Source: Octopus vulgaris (Eukaryota). Taken from it: a stretch of DNA of 64,000 bases. Numbering within the stretch: the first letter of the stretch is position 1; each line of letters starts with the position of its first letter. Positions 37,545 to 50,621 of the stretch are shown here, piece by piece. Below the pieces are notes generated by a model, which made no database searches, was not told the DNA's origin, and saw nothing but the letters and a program-made list of their open reading frames with translations. The stretch spans positions 141,174,001 through 141,238,000 of the forward strand of contig OX597816.1 in assembly GCA_951406725.2 (NCBI GenBank). The letters run 5' to 3'. Made by a program: the position numbers and the translations under genes.

Positions 37545-37657
37545 GCAACCACGTGACCAACCAGATCATCAGATGTTGCTACACATCGCTGGTCACAATG
37601 AGTTCGCATTGTTTTAGCCTTCGAATGATGCCACCCCGCTGGCTAAGCGAGCAGGCC
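37545..37657. repeat. Short structured dispersed repeat, about 110 bp, copy 1
   Basis: Highly similar to 62941-63046. Confidence 0.8.
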
Positions 37658-37727
37658 AATATATATATACATATAAATAAATAAATAAATATATATATAT
37701 ATATGCATAAATACATATATAAATATC

Positions 37728-37991
37728 AGCGCCGCCTTGACTGGCTTCTGTGCCGGTGGCACGTAAAATGCACCAACTGATTGTGGACACTACCAGCCTC
37801 CCCTGGCACCTGTGCCGGTGGCACGTAAAAAGCACCCACTACACTCACGGAGTGGTTGGCGTTAGAAAGGGCATCCAGCTGTAGAAACAGCCAGATCAGA
37901 CTGGAGCCTGGTGCAGCCTCCTGGCTTCCCAGACTCTGGTCGAACTGTCCAACCCATGCTAGCACGGAAAACAGACGTTAAACAATGATGA
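37728..37991 (+). mobile_element. RTE-tail non-autonomous retroelement
   Basis: Same family as 4340-4787. Confidence 0.8.
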
Positions 37992-38009
37992 CATACATAT
38001 ATATATGTA

Positions 38010-38730
38010 TTGTGAATCCCTAAAACTTGAGAACTACAGAACCAATTTCATTCAAATTTTACACATGCCTTACTTGGGGTCCATGTAGTGTCATAGGCCA
38101 AAAAAATTTTTAACTTCTTGCCTAGTGCGAGCCCACAGCAATATCATATCTTCTCCACTATTTCAGTATTACGTGTCAAAAGTGAAACAATAACATCTCT
38201 CTATTGTAATGTCAGATACTTTCACTTTAATACTGAAACTATTAAAGTAAAACTATTATAATTTTATCTATAAAGGTTATTTTAACATACCGATCTACTC
38301 GGTTAAATTGCTAATTAATTGATTAATTAATTTAATACATTTTACCCTTCTATTATTAATTTAAAATTATAATTTACTCCATGATAGAATATTGCAGTTT
38401 TCTGCGGTATTGCTCATTGCATACACGTGGGTATAAAGCTTGAATAGTGTATTCACATTCGGTTCTGTAAATTTTGGAAGTGTTGGTTGGATATCTGTTA
38501 CATGATGAAGCTTGGTTGTGTGCATATTCAGCTATAGCACTTTCAAATTTTATAAAAATTGGAAATATTATACTGAGGAGAGAAGTAAGTAAAATTCAAA
38601 TTACTTTAATCTCGAAACACATATATAATTAATCCTGGTTGTGTTGATTCATTGTTTTTCTCTTTGCTTTCATAAAAAAAGCATGTTTACCGTCATGGAG
38701 ATTCTTATAGTAGCAGAAAAGGAATTTTTA
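38010..38730 (+). mobile_element. Possible non-autonomous Helitron-like element
   Basis: The motif aacttgagaactacagaaccaatttcattcaaattttacaca resembles invertebrate Helitron-N/DINE-like 5' regions. Ends are not defined. Confidence 0.35.
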
Positions 38731-39231
38731 ACTCCTATTTCTAATTTTGATATGTGGTGAAGCAGTTAGCTGAACCCTAATTATATATACATATATATAT
38801 ACATATATAAATATATACACATACATACATACATACATACATGCATATATATATTTATATATATGACAGGTTACTTCCTTTCCATCTAATAATTTCACTA
38901 TCAGGGTAGTTATCAGCCTGGGGCTATAGAAGACACTTACCCAGGTGCAGCACAGTGAGACTGAACCAAGGACCTCATAACCACACAGCCATGCTAACAT
39001 TTTGCCTTCAACACTTCCATCTAGCTCTTCCTCTTGTGCAGGGTTACTCGTTTACAGCTGAATGGACTAGAGTAATGTGAAATGAAGTGTTTTGCTCAAG
39101 AACACAACACACCACTCAGTACAGAAAGCTAAACCACGAATCTTGCAGCCATGAATGCAACACCCTAACTAGTAGACCATGCACTTCAATCTATTACATA
39201 CAATCATATAATGCAAAGAAAATCAGCTGAC

Positions 39232-39320
39232 CATTTTAGCAGCTTCATCCAAGTTATCACAAGACAAAATTTTCAAGTTACTTGAAGCAATCAAAGCTTT
39301 GGCATCTTCTACCCTTGTTC
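39232..39320 (-). CDS. SUCLA2: SUCLA2 exon, 89 bp ([30 protein letters not shown])
   Basis: Poly-T acceptor, donor gtcagc, phase 1-0; strong homology. Confidence 0.95.
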
Positions 39321-39413
39321 CTGAAAAAGAAAAAAAAAAAAAAGACAAAGACTTTTAGCACATAAATGCATAGTGTCTCTAAAGCATGACAGTCAGAAAA
39401 TTACACAAATTAA

Positions 39414-39633
39414 CCCTTTGGCGTTCAGATTACTCTTTCAAATATAATGCTTGTTTATTCACATTATTTTGAATTAATCTTGTATTATATCATAGCTTCT
39501 AGACTTCAATAGTGTTACTGATTAGTTTTAGAATGACATTGTAGGGTAGGTGTGACAGGCTGGATCTGTCCAATTTGAACACAAAACTGTTAGAATATTT
39601 GGGTCTGATATGGCCGTTTTAAATGCTAAAGGG
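39414..39633. mobile_element. TTAA MITE, family A
   Basis: TTAA-ccctttggcgtt…aatgctaaaggg-TTAA. Confidence 0.8.
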
Positions 39634-40387
39634 TTAAACTTTATACATTACCGTATTAGCTGCCATGACAGCAAGAATTAAATAGGTTTGTTGTACAGAA
39701 TATTGTTGATCATGCTAGTCTTCTATCATGTCATTCATGACACCTATCCTCTTGATATTTGACCTTAAAACAACTTACACTTACACTGATGATGGATTTT
39801 CATGTTGATTCCAACATATGAGCAGCCAATTGTTTTATCAGTGGATAATCTGCTAACTGAATTAGCATGTGAAAGTGACTGAGTATCATACAGACACATG
39901 TACCATTAATGTAATTCTCAAGCAGAATCAGTTTAACACAAATATGTTACACAAATTCAAGAGTGAAGGTATAGTTCATCTTACAGGATTCTATACAGTT
40001 TCCAGCCAACCAATTTCACTCAAAAAACTTCAGTCGATTAAAAACTATGGTAAATGCATATGCCCAAGATGCCATGCAGTGGGATTGAACCTAGAAGTTT
40101 GTGACTGCAAAACAAACTTCTTAAATCACTTAGCCACTCCTGTATCCACTTTCACAGATACCTTGCAAAGAAAGCAGAAAAGAACTTCTCCTCCCAACAC
40201 TCATACACCATACACACCACATATCCAAACCAGTACAATCATCTCTACCATTTGTTTTAATTGATACATTTATTATTCTTTCAGCTTACTTGAGTTCCAT
40301 TTCACACAAAGGCATCTTGAACAAAATGATTTTAATTAAAGTAAATTTAAATAGAAGATTAGATAGTAACAGGAATGACGAACTTAC

Positions 40388-40508
40388 CTTGTAGTCTAAC
40401 TACAATAGGGATGCGTAGTTGCAGCTCTGCAGCTGCAGCTATAATACCTTGAGCAATAACATCACATCGCATGATACCACCAAATATATTCACCAAAATA
40501 GCTTGAAC
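40388..40508 (-). CDS. SUCLA2: SUCLA2 exon, 121 bp ([40 protein letters not shown])
   Basis: AG/GT boundaries, phase 0-1; [10 protein letters not shown] motif. Confidence 0.97.
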
Positions 40509-40967
40509 CTATAAAAGTATCAGAATTTTATTTTCTGCAATTTGTTTCTAAAATGTTTAATGTTTGTCAAACAAATTTTAACTTCAAAGTAGTCAGGGTT
40601 TCTTGAATTTGAATATAAATAACTCAGATAATATAAATTTTGTTATTTGTATATGATTTGTAAGAAGGTGAAAATAGCTTATATAACATTATTACATAAA
40701 ATAAGATTTTTCAGATAACCAGTCTTTTCAGCTGATAAATAAAGTTAGTAGTTAAATTCTGACAAAGATAAACCTTTCCAAAAACATTTCATTTTGTAGG
40801 TCCAGTAATTTTAGCAGGACAGCAATCCTTAAGAAAATGACAGGATAATAAATCTGATGTTTAGATTTTGATTTCTATGTGTTATGAATTACAAAAAGGA
40901 AGACCAAAACTGAATAGAAGAATAGAATCAAAGGATTTAAGATTCTAATTAAATTTTTAAAAATATA

Positions 40968-42390
40968 CTAGACTACTAGTGACCCGTTGGATCACCTGGA
41001 AAGTCTGAGTTTCCCCAGCAACGGAGTTTTGTTTCAAGGGTCGTTTTTTCTTTTCCAGGTTATTTCGCATGCTTTCAATGAATGTGACATTGTGACCATG
41101 CGTAAACAGCTTCTTCCCCAAAAAAGGAAAACATTTGGCTGCTATTTCTTGCACGCCCTGTTGCCACATAACAGGTACTTCAGGCCCTTTATTGAAAATA
41201 GCTGTTACAAGGCACCAGGGTATGCTAGAAATAGCAGCCAAATCTTTGGAGCTGAGATTCGTTGAATGCACTCAAAAAGGTTTTTGCAATGGTATTCCCT
41301 TCGGGCAATCTTTCGCTTTGACTCTCAGAACTGTCATCCAGATCAGCTGGTTTTGTTCGTAAATTTCCATAATTTTAAAAATTTATTTACTTTTGTTTAA
41401 AAGTGAAAGAGACGAGAAAGTGCAAGATGTATGAATGTGTATATGAAATGGATGTGTGTGTGTGTGTGAGGGAGAGGATAAGAGAGAGAGTATCACTTAC
41501 ACATACATGAGAACACATTTACTCACTCTCTGACACACACATGCACATGTAAATACAAAAAAGATGTATGCATATGTACTGATGTATGTACATATACATG
41601 ACAACACACTCCTTCACTCACTCTCTCTCTCCTTCACACACACACACATCCATTTCATATACACATACATACATCTTTCACTTTTTCCTCCTACTCTTTA
41701 CTCTTTTACTCTTTTACTTGTTTCAGTCATTTGACTGCGGCCATGCTGGAGCACCGCCTTAAATCGAGCAACTCGACCCCTTTCACTTTAAAACAAAAGT
41801 AAAATAAAAATTTGTTACAGAAATTAGCGAACTCCAGATGATAAGCAAAAGATTGCCATTCACTTGAAAATAATTTTAAAAAACATATTGTCTGTTTAAA
41901 GAAAGCTAAAATATAAATATTTACTGGGCAAAAGTAAAGAATACATAAATCCAGGGGTTAGGGTTAGGGTTTTTATTACGCTGAAAATAGGTGGTGTACA
42001 TATTCTTTACCTCCACCACTTACTGTACAAACAACCTACATTTTTGAAATTACATTCAGTTGAAAGTATTTCTAAATGATTAAAACATTGTATATGTCAA
42101 AAAATCAACATTTTTTTCTTAGAGAACATGAAGACTATGTGTGTGTGTACGTATCACAGATAGCCAACAAGTGTTTATGTTGACTGACATGCCATGACAT
42201 TCATTATGTGTATGTGTGTTGATGTCACAGAAGTGATGTTTTATTTTTCGCCAAGAATTAACAAATTGTTTTCCTTAACAAATAGAGTCCTAAATATCAC
42301 AAAATTTTGTACTGCACTGCCATATATGTAATTGTGAAAATAAATATGCAAAAAAAAATTAAGATAAAATATACTATCTCTGAGATATTT
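40968..42390 (-). mobile_element. Non-autonomous Helitron-like element, copy 1 (right boundary approximate)
   Basis: Collinear with 55127-56235. CTAG terminus plus nearby hairpin gtgaccc-gtt-ggatcac. Carries a SINE fragment (about 41693-41780) and a short telomere-like ggggttagggttagggtt. Confidence 0.65.
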
Positions 42391-44264
42391 TAAGTACACA
42401 CAAACATCTCTAGAGTTTTAGTTTTATCAAAATATCTTATCAAAGTATCTTTAGTTTTACCAAAATATTTTATCAAAATATCTTATCAAAGTATCTTAAG
42501 TTTTCTCTTTAATAAGTAAAATATCTATTAATATACAGTCAGTACTTTATCCAATGACAACGTACAAATTTTTAGCATATTACTGATCTGCAAACCAACA
42601 ACAATGTGTCCCTATGTTATTGAAGCTGCTAGAAATAGCAGCCAGATCATACCATATTATCTTCAAAAAAGTGCAAAAATACATACACATTGAATAATAT
42701 AGTTTTAGATATGGGAAAGGTTGCAGGGAAAGATGGGATAGTCACAGCTAGACAACCTGAGATCATGAGTCAGTTTGATTAGGGTAGATCTGGAGCTAAA
42801 TCAGCAACAAAAATTATTGTTTATGCTTTGATAAAATAGCCATAAATCTTTCAAAATAGTTTAATATGGCTAAAAATAACCTAAGAAATTAAAATGTAAA
42901 TATTTTTTTTTTTTATCAGTCAGCAGATACTAGCACTGATTAGCAAACAATTTGTTTGCTGAATTTATAAACAAAGCCGGGTGACTTATTCAGGATTAAA
43001 GGTTTGGACACTTCTGATTGATGAGACACAACATGTCAAAACTCTAGTGTGGTAGAATTCCTTGCACTGAGTTGTGTTATGAACACACTGCCATTGTAAA
43101 TGAAAGTTGTTTTTGTGTGATGTACACAAAACTGACAAGCATATTATTGTTATCTGCTGGGATGTATTAAGAATATACAAGTCATTGTTTCAGATCTCAC
43201 TTTTCACAGTGCAAATAATGATTTGAAAAACAAAAAATTTAAATAGAGTTATTTCTTCATTAGAAACAAGTTTATAGGACTCATAAAATATACATCCTTC
43301 CAGCGAGACAGGCTTATTGATCCAATGTTTATGTCTGTTTTTTTGAATTTTCAATGTTAGCATGTTTATTATAAAAAGCTATTATAAAGTCAAAAAAGGT
43401 TCCATAGATAAATAAAGATTCCTCATTAAGCACTACATAGTCTAAATAATTAATTTGCATGTAGGTACACTTTGGATTTCAGAGTTTCTTCTGGCCTCAT
43501 CCCAGCTGAGCAGTGATTGCCAAGCCTGTGGTCATCTGCTCCACTTAAAGCTATAATGAAAATGCTGGAACACACAGCTGTACAATTCAGACTGGGAATG
43601 TTGCTTCATGATACCACAGCAACATATTAACTTCTTGCTTTCACTGTGCTATCATAATTTGTGCAGTGATTTGCAGGAATATGAAACCCCTAAATCCAAA
43701 ATATGGCCTTCTTAACATCCCAATAAAAATGCTGTTTATTTTTTTTTTTCAATATAGTTATTGGATTACTCAGACACCAGAACAGTCCTTTGATGTATTT
43801 GAATAATGTGATTCTACTGCAATCATTGCTAATACTTCCATATATACAGAAATAGAGTGAAAGCAGGCTGAATATCTTGTACTGACTGCATCACTGCACT
43901 CTATAAGAGAGGTACTGCAGGGCAATTTTTCAGGCAATTCTTTGTACATCATAGATCAGTTTATGTAATACTGAAAGGTGCTACTAAACATCTTATCCAA
44001 GAACTTATATAAATGCCCAAACTTTTCAACTTGTTCAATCCATAGTGAAAAAAAAGTGCCTTCCTAATATGATTATTGGAGAAACTTGTTTAATTGTGAT
44101 CTACAATTCATATTAAAATGATGATTTTTTTCTAAGCTAAATTTATTAACATCACAATATTTTCTAAGATTAGGATTTTATATCAATCAAAGTCACAATC
44201 TCTCAGATAATTAACGCCATGAAACATATTTTACTTAGTGGAAATAAAACACATCAAAACTTAC

Positions 44265-44407
44265 ATTTTGATCTGAAGTAATGAGGCGGAATGCTTCAGT
44301 GACTTGCTTGGCTGTAGCTCCACCTCCCACATCTAGGAAATTAGCTGGATTTCCTCCATGAAGTTTGATTATGTCCATTGTTGCCATTGCTAAGCCAGCA
44401 CCATTTA
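44265..44407 (-). CDS. SUCLA2: SUCLA2 exon, 143 bp ([48 protein letters not shown])
   Basis: AG/GT boundaries, phase 1-0; succinyl-CoA ligase signature. Confidence 0.98.
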
Positions 44408-44547
44408 CTGAAAGAAAATAATAAATTTAGGATATTCTAAAGAATATCATTAACAAACTGTTTTCCTAGAAATACAAAAAACTCTTCCTATAGTTAAAGA
44501 ATGTTAATACAATTAAATATTAGATATTCAAATATTTAGTTTTAATA

Positions 44548-44905
44548 CAGGCCTGGCTGTCTAGTAAGAAACATGCTTCCCAACTACATGGTTCCAGGTT
44601 CAGCCCTACTGCATGGCACCTTGGGCAAGTGTCTTCTATGGCCTAGGGCCAACCAAAGCTTTGTGAATGGATTTGGTAAATGGAAGCTGAAAGAAGCTTG
44701 TGTGTGTGCATGTCTCTCACTCGACAACTGGTGTTGATATGTTTATGTCCCTGTAACTTAGTGGTTCAGTAAAAGAGACCAATAGAATAGGCACCAGGCT
44801 TTTAAAAAACAAAAAGAGCTGGAATTGATACATTCGACTAAAAATTCTTCAAGGTGGTACCTCAGCATGGCTGCAGTCTAATGACTGAAACAAATAAAAC
44901 AATAA
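44548..44905 (+). mobile_element. tRNA-derived SINE
   Basis: Similar to 2027-2421. Confidence 0.8.
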
Positions 44906-45105
44906 GAATAAAAGAATGGGGGAAACAGATAAAATTACATTGGGATCTTGTCACGTGTTATCAACATTGCATTGATTTAAAAAAAAAACTGCAGTAACTC
45001 TTTCAAAATGGTTGCAGAAAATATAATTAGTTATTAGTTTGTGATTATATGTTCTAGTGTTTCCTCCATGAGGTCTGATATGTAAATTAAAAAATTCAAA
45101 CTTAC

Positions 45106-45267
45106 CCAAACAGCCTATACTGCCATCCAATCCAATGTAGTTTAGATCAGCATCAGCAGCCTGATGATCACGTGGATCTTCTTGTGACCAGTCTTTCCAT
45201 GCAAAAATATCTTTTTGGCGGTGGGCAGCATTGTCATCGAAATTTAGTTTACAGTCCATACAATATA
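45106..45267 (-). CDS. SUCLA2: SUCLA2 exon, 162 bp ([54 protein letters not shown])
   Basis: AG/GT boundaries, phase 1-1; strong homology. Confidence 0.97.
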
Positions 45268-46392
45268 CTGGAAAAAGCAAAAATACACTTTTAAAAGAGC
45301 TTTATATAAATAGCATAGTAAGACAACAGGGTAATGCCAATAATAGGAGGAGTTAGGAAGATAAAGAAGGTGGGCAATTCTCTAAGATACATGGTCTGGT
45401 GGTGTTGGTGAAGGGGTGGAGGTGGGTGGGCTAGCAAGGATAATGTGCTGGTGTATTCTCCTAAGGAGATACGTGGCCTTGGTGGGGGCAATCAACCTCA
45501 GAATCACAAAAGTACATTTCATTAGGAAAACACCCAGCCTTAACTGCTGGAATGAGCTCAATGGCTGGAAGTATATCTAGACATCTACTGCTTCCAGAGC
45601 CTTTAACCAGCACCAGCAATGACCACCACAAGAAAAAAAAAAAGCATAAGAAAAGAACATCTGATGAAAGATCTTTGATCTGAAAGCACTCGTGATTAAA
45701 CCTAACAACTAGCAACAAGGATCACCCCAGAAACACTAGCAAATTATCCTTTATATCAAGATTATCATTTAATAATTTTCATAATACCAAAAAAGTTAGG
45801 CTTATGTAAGTGGCTTTAAAGATGATTTGTTATGGTTGTATATGAAAGGATTTATAAAAGTTAGTGACTCTGCACTGGTAAAATCAGTATGATCTGATAC
45901 TAGATCTAGTCAAGATTAGCTTTGTTTTTCATATTTCCAGGATCAGTAAAATAAGTACCAGTGAAGAACTGGGTTGATTATACTGTACCCTGCAAAATTG
46001 AAGCTATTGTGCCAATTTTAGAAATAAATATTTTAGCATATTTTTCAGTATGCAGTGTAAGCATTCCCCAAAACATCACTATCTTTCCAAATCCTGCTGT
46101 ATTTCACATGGAAATTTTATCCCCCAAAGTTGTCTTGGTGGATAAGTCGGCCTACCTTTTTTTGGCAGTAAATTTCAATTTGAAAAATTCGACTTATATG
46201 CTGGGAGATACAGCAGTCAAATTAGAGTACTAGATATAGAGAAATTTCTACCACTCCCAAACAAATATTATAAATGAAGATGGACAGATGGATAGCATAG
46301 CTGTGAACCTGATATGTTGGAAGTACTGTCATATTGTTAGCCTATGTCATATACTTTATAAGTTACCTTGAAAAAATATAATTATACTTTAC

Positions 46393-46489
46393 CATCTCCA
46401 TTAGCATCTTCTGATAGAGGGTTTATTTCAACCATGGTTGCATCATACTTAATAAACACATTGTACAATTTCTGCATAATATCAACAAC
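46393..46489 (-). CDS. SUCLA2: SUCLA2 exon, 97 bp ([32 protein letters not shown])
   Basis: AG/GT boundaries, phase 0-1; EINPL motif. Confidence 0.96.
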
Positions 46490-46602
46490 CTAAAATGAAA
46501 CAGATTAAATTCATAAAATTTAAAAAGGAAAAAAAAAACCGCTTTTAGTCAAAGATAAATATTGAAAAACAGTAGTAATAACTTCCAAAATGTAATATAT
46601 AT

Positions 46603-46992
46603 CTTTTGTCTTTTACTTGTTTCAGTCATTAGACTGTGGCCATGATGGGGCAGTCTTAGATTTTTAGTCAAATGACCCCAGTATTTATTTTTTTAAGCCT
46701 GGTACTTATTTTATTGGTATCTTTTGTTGAAACCCTAACTTTTGGGGATGCAAACACATCAACACCAGTTGTCAAGTGATGATGGTGGGAACAAACACAG
46801 ACACAAAGACATACACACACATAGATATATATTCACAAGTTCTTTTTCAGTTTCCATCTACCAAATCCACTCACAAAGCTTTGGTTGGCCTGAGGCCAAA
46901 GTAGAAGACACTTGCCCAAAGTATAGTTGGACTAAGCCTGGAACCAAGTGGTTGGGAAGCAAGCTTCTTACCATACAGCCATGCCTGCACCT
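46603..46992 (-). mobile_element. tRNA-derived SINE
   Basis: Reverse complement of the 2027-2421 family. Confidence 0.8.
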
Positions 46993-47095
46993 ATATATAT
47001 TTGAAGTATGTGTGTGCATGTATGTATATGTTGTGTACGTGCGTTTTATGGTTTTTGTGTTTAGTGTGTGTGTGCATTCCTGTGCATGTGTATGA

Positions 47096-47138
<43 letters not shown>

Positions 47139-47706
47139 TTAAAACAGAAATGAAGATGCAAATGGTTTGGCAAGATTTAACAAGGACTTTTAATTTAGCT
47201 ATATAATAAAAAAGGTGTACATAGTCTCTAACAGCAGTTTCTAGAATATCCCATCAATTAAACATCATGTCGAGTGAAGAATCCATAAGCCGAGTATTCT
47301 GTCATTGAAGAGGGAGAGGTTAAACAAATGTAGCAATGGAGGGACATAACTCATCAATATTATTGTATTCATTTTTTTCTAAAAAGGAAGGAGCAATACA
47401 TATTCATTAGGTAAATCCATGAACAAATGAAAAGAATTCTAATTGGTACATCCACAATAGCTCTACTTCCCATCGATCCTTCACAGATCTTCATCCCTTC
47501 CTTTATTTGCACACCCAAAATATAACTAGTATAATTTTCCTCAGCTGCAACAACATATTTAATAGAATACCATTAGGCCTCAAACTTCTGTTTATTACCA
47601 CCACTACCCTGTCCCTACCCAACCTGTAGGCCTGACATCTGCTTTTATTCATTCCTTATCTATTTGTCTTTCCAGTCACACCCCATAACCTCTCTGGTCA
47701 AGAGTG

Positions 47707-47950
47707 TATCATCATCATCATCATCGTTTAACGTCCGTTTTCCGCGCTAGCACGGGTTGGACGGTTTCGACCGGGGTCTGGGGAGCTCGAGACTGCCCCA
47801 GGCTCCAGTCTAGTCTGGCAGTGTTTCTACAGCTGGATGCCCTTCCTAACGCCAACCACTCCGCGAGTGTAGTAGGTGTTTTTTACGTGCCACCTGCACA
47901 GGTGCCAGAGGGGTCTGGCATCAGCCACGTTCGGATGGTGCTTTTTATGT
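47707..47950 (-). mobile_element. RTE-tail element, truncated where a different sequence begins at about 47951
   Basis: (cat)n tail and family body that stop inside the minisatellite unit. Confidence 0.8.
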
Positions 47951-48197
47951 GGGGGGGGTGCAGAAATATAGGGAAGCACCAGTGGGGAGGGGTGGTTCAG
48001 AGAAATGATGACAGGTTCTAGGCAAGTAGAACATAGGATATCGAGAGAGGGGTAATGCATGGTGAAATAGCGTATTGAAGAGGGGGGTTCGAAGAGTAGA
48101 CACCTATAATGGTGGTGGGAGAAGCGACATCCGGTATAGATGGAGCAAAAATATAGATATCCAGTATTGGTGGTGGGGGTGGGTAGGGCGGGTGCAC

Positions 48198-48881
48198 CGC
48201 GAAGATACGAATGTTGATTAATACGAGGAGAAATGATATGAAATGAATAAGATTAGATAAGATAGACAGATAGAGAAATTTGATAAAATTATGAACGGTC
48301 AAAGATAGACAGAGAAATTTGATAAAATTATGAATGGTCAGTAAAGAGTTGAAAATAGCAATTCAAAACACCTATCTTGTTCGCAATCGGAAATTCACAG
48401 CTTGTAGATGAGAGAGAGAGAGAGAGAGAGAGAGATAGTACATGTGAATTAGAGAGAAAAGGCTTCAAGATGGCGCGAAGATACGAATGTTGATTAATAC
48501 GAGGAGAAATGATATGAAATGAATAAGATTAGATAAGATAGACAGATAGAGAAATTTGATAAAATTATGAATGGTCAAAGATAGACAGAGAAATTTGATA
48601 AAATTATGAATGGTCAGTAAAGAGTTGAAAATAGCAATTCAAAACACCTATCTTGTTCGCAATCGGAAATTCACAGCTTGTAGATGAGAGAGAGAGAGAG
48701 AGAGAGATAGTACATGTGAATTAGAGAGAAAAGGCTTCAAGATGGCGCGAAGATACGAATGTTGATTAATACGAGGAGAAATGATATGAAATGAATAAGA
48801 TTAGATAAGATAGACAGATAGAGAAATTTGATAAAATTATGAATGGTCAAAGATAGACAGAGAAATTTGATAAAATTATGA

Positions 48882-48883
<2 letters not shown>
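48198..48883. repeat. Tandem repeat, about 2.5 copies of a 272-276 bp unit
   Basis: gaagatacga recurs at 48201, 48477 and 48749. Units are nearly identical apart from (AG)n length. Confidence 0.95.
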
Positions 48884-48936
<53 letters not shown>

Positions 48937-48939
48937 AAT

Positions 48940-49560
48940 ATTAGGGAGTAAATCCAAACTTACAGGGAAAAATTAGATTTAGGATTAAATCAAATTTCAC
49001 AGTATAAATATAAATTAAATTAGAGATAAAACCACTATTAGGCAAATCAAACAGTGAAAAACATAAACCAAAACATAAAAATAGATATAATTAATATAAT
49101 ATACAAAATATATAAAATATAAAATTTAAAATTTTTAATTTATATTTATAAATTTTTATATTTTTTTAAAATTTTAAATTCATAAAATTTTAACTTTTAA
49201 TTTTTTTGATATTTATTTATTTTTATATATATATAACTATCGAATTGGGTTATGGCCATGAAACGTACATAGTGGTTTTACTTATTATATTATATTAAAC
49301 TTTTTAATACCTTTTTGATAGTTATATAAAAATAAATAAATAAATATAAATATTAAAAATTAAAAAATTTATAAATTTAAAATTTTTTTAAAATATAAAA
49401 AATATAAAAATTTATAAATATAAATTAAAAATTTTAAATTTAAATAATTTAATTTTATATATTTTGTATATTATATTAATTATATTTATTTTTATGTTTT
49501 GGTTTATGTTTTTCACTGCTTGATTTGCCTAATAGTGGTTTTATCTCTAATTTAATTTAA
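48940..49560 (+). repeat. AT-rich foldback element, copy 2 (arms about 230 bp)
   Basis: About 49008-49235 pairs with about 49315-49560. Head ttagggagtaaatccaaacttacagggaaaaatt is shared with 18901-19216 in the opposite orientation. Confidence 0.85.
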
Positions 49561-50049
49561 TTTATATATATATATAATACCCACCATTTATCTGCCTGTC
49601 TTCCTCCCTCTATAGTGTACCATACTTCTTCTTTCAATATTTTATCCAACATCGGAACTGCAAACATCTATTTCTCCTCTTGCTATGGATTGTAACCAAA
49701 CCATTCTCTCTGTTTTAATTCTATTAGTGGATATTACTGATTCTTTTCATTTGTTCATGGATTTACTTAATGAATACATATTTTAACTTCTTGCCCTACA
49801 CTTTGCCTGTTGTGTGTTTCATTGCAACACACAGAAAAACAATGAATTCACAGAATACTTATATTATGTTACAGAAGAATAGGACTGCTTTTCAGATTAC
49901 GTGGCTTGCTTATCCAGAACAAACATTTCTTAACATTGAAATAGAAATTTGTGTCCAGGAATGATCTTCTGTCATGTAATTGTAGCAGGTAAAAATTATA
50001 AACATAAACTTATAACTAACCAAATTTTCTACAGCCAATAGCTGTTTTT

Positions 50050-50495
50050 AATATTGTGGGTTGACAAAATCCTTATAGTATCAGACAAAATGCCTTCAAC
50101 CATTTGTTCCAACACTTTACATTCTGAGATCAAATCAAACCGAGCTTTTTATCCCTCTGGGGTTGATGAAATAAAGTACCAGTCAAGTGCTGGGGCTGAA
50201 TAATATCAACTAAACCTTACCCCTCAAAATTGTTGGAGCCTTGTGCCTAAATTAGGAACCATTATTATGGCAGAAAAAAGGCGGCAAGCTGATAGAATTG
50301 TTAGCACACTGGGCAGAATGCTTAGCGACATTTTGTCTGTCTTCGTGCTCTGAGTTCAAATTCTGCTGAGACTGACTTTGTCTTTCATCCTATCGGGGTT
50401 GATAAAATAAGTACCAGTTGAATACTGGAGTCAATGTAATTGACTTACCCACTCCTCCAAAATTCCTGGCCCAGCACCAAAATTAGAAATCGTTA
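50050..50495 (+). mobile_element. Two tandem Nin-like SINE copies
   Basis: ctttcatcctatcggggttgataaaataagtaccagtt; tRNA-like head at about 50279. Confidence 0.7.
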
Positions 50496-50621
50496 TTGTA
50501 GCAGAAAAAATTCCTTTCTGCCATAATCTCTAAATTTTTAAAAATCCATATTTGTTATTGAAAGACAAATTACAATGAGAAAATGTTGATTTTTAATTCA
50601 CAGTAATATATCATATTTTAC

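Noticed and set aside
41954-41971. Telomeric repeat
   Set aside because: Only about three units, embedded in a dispersed element; not a chromosome end.
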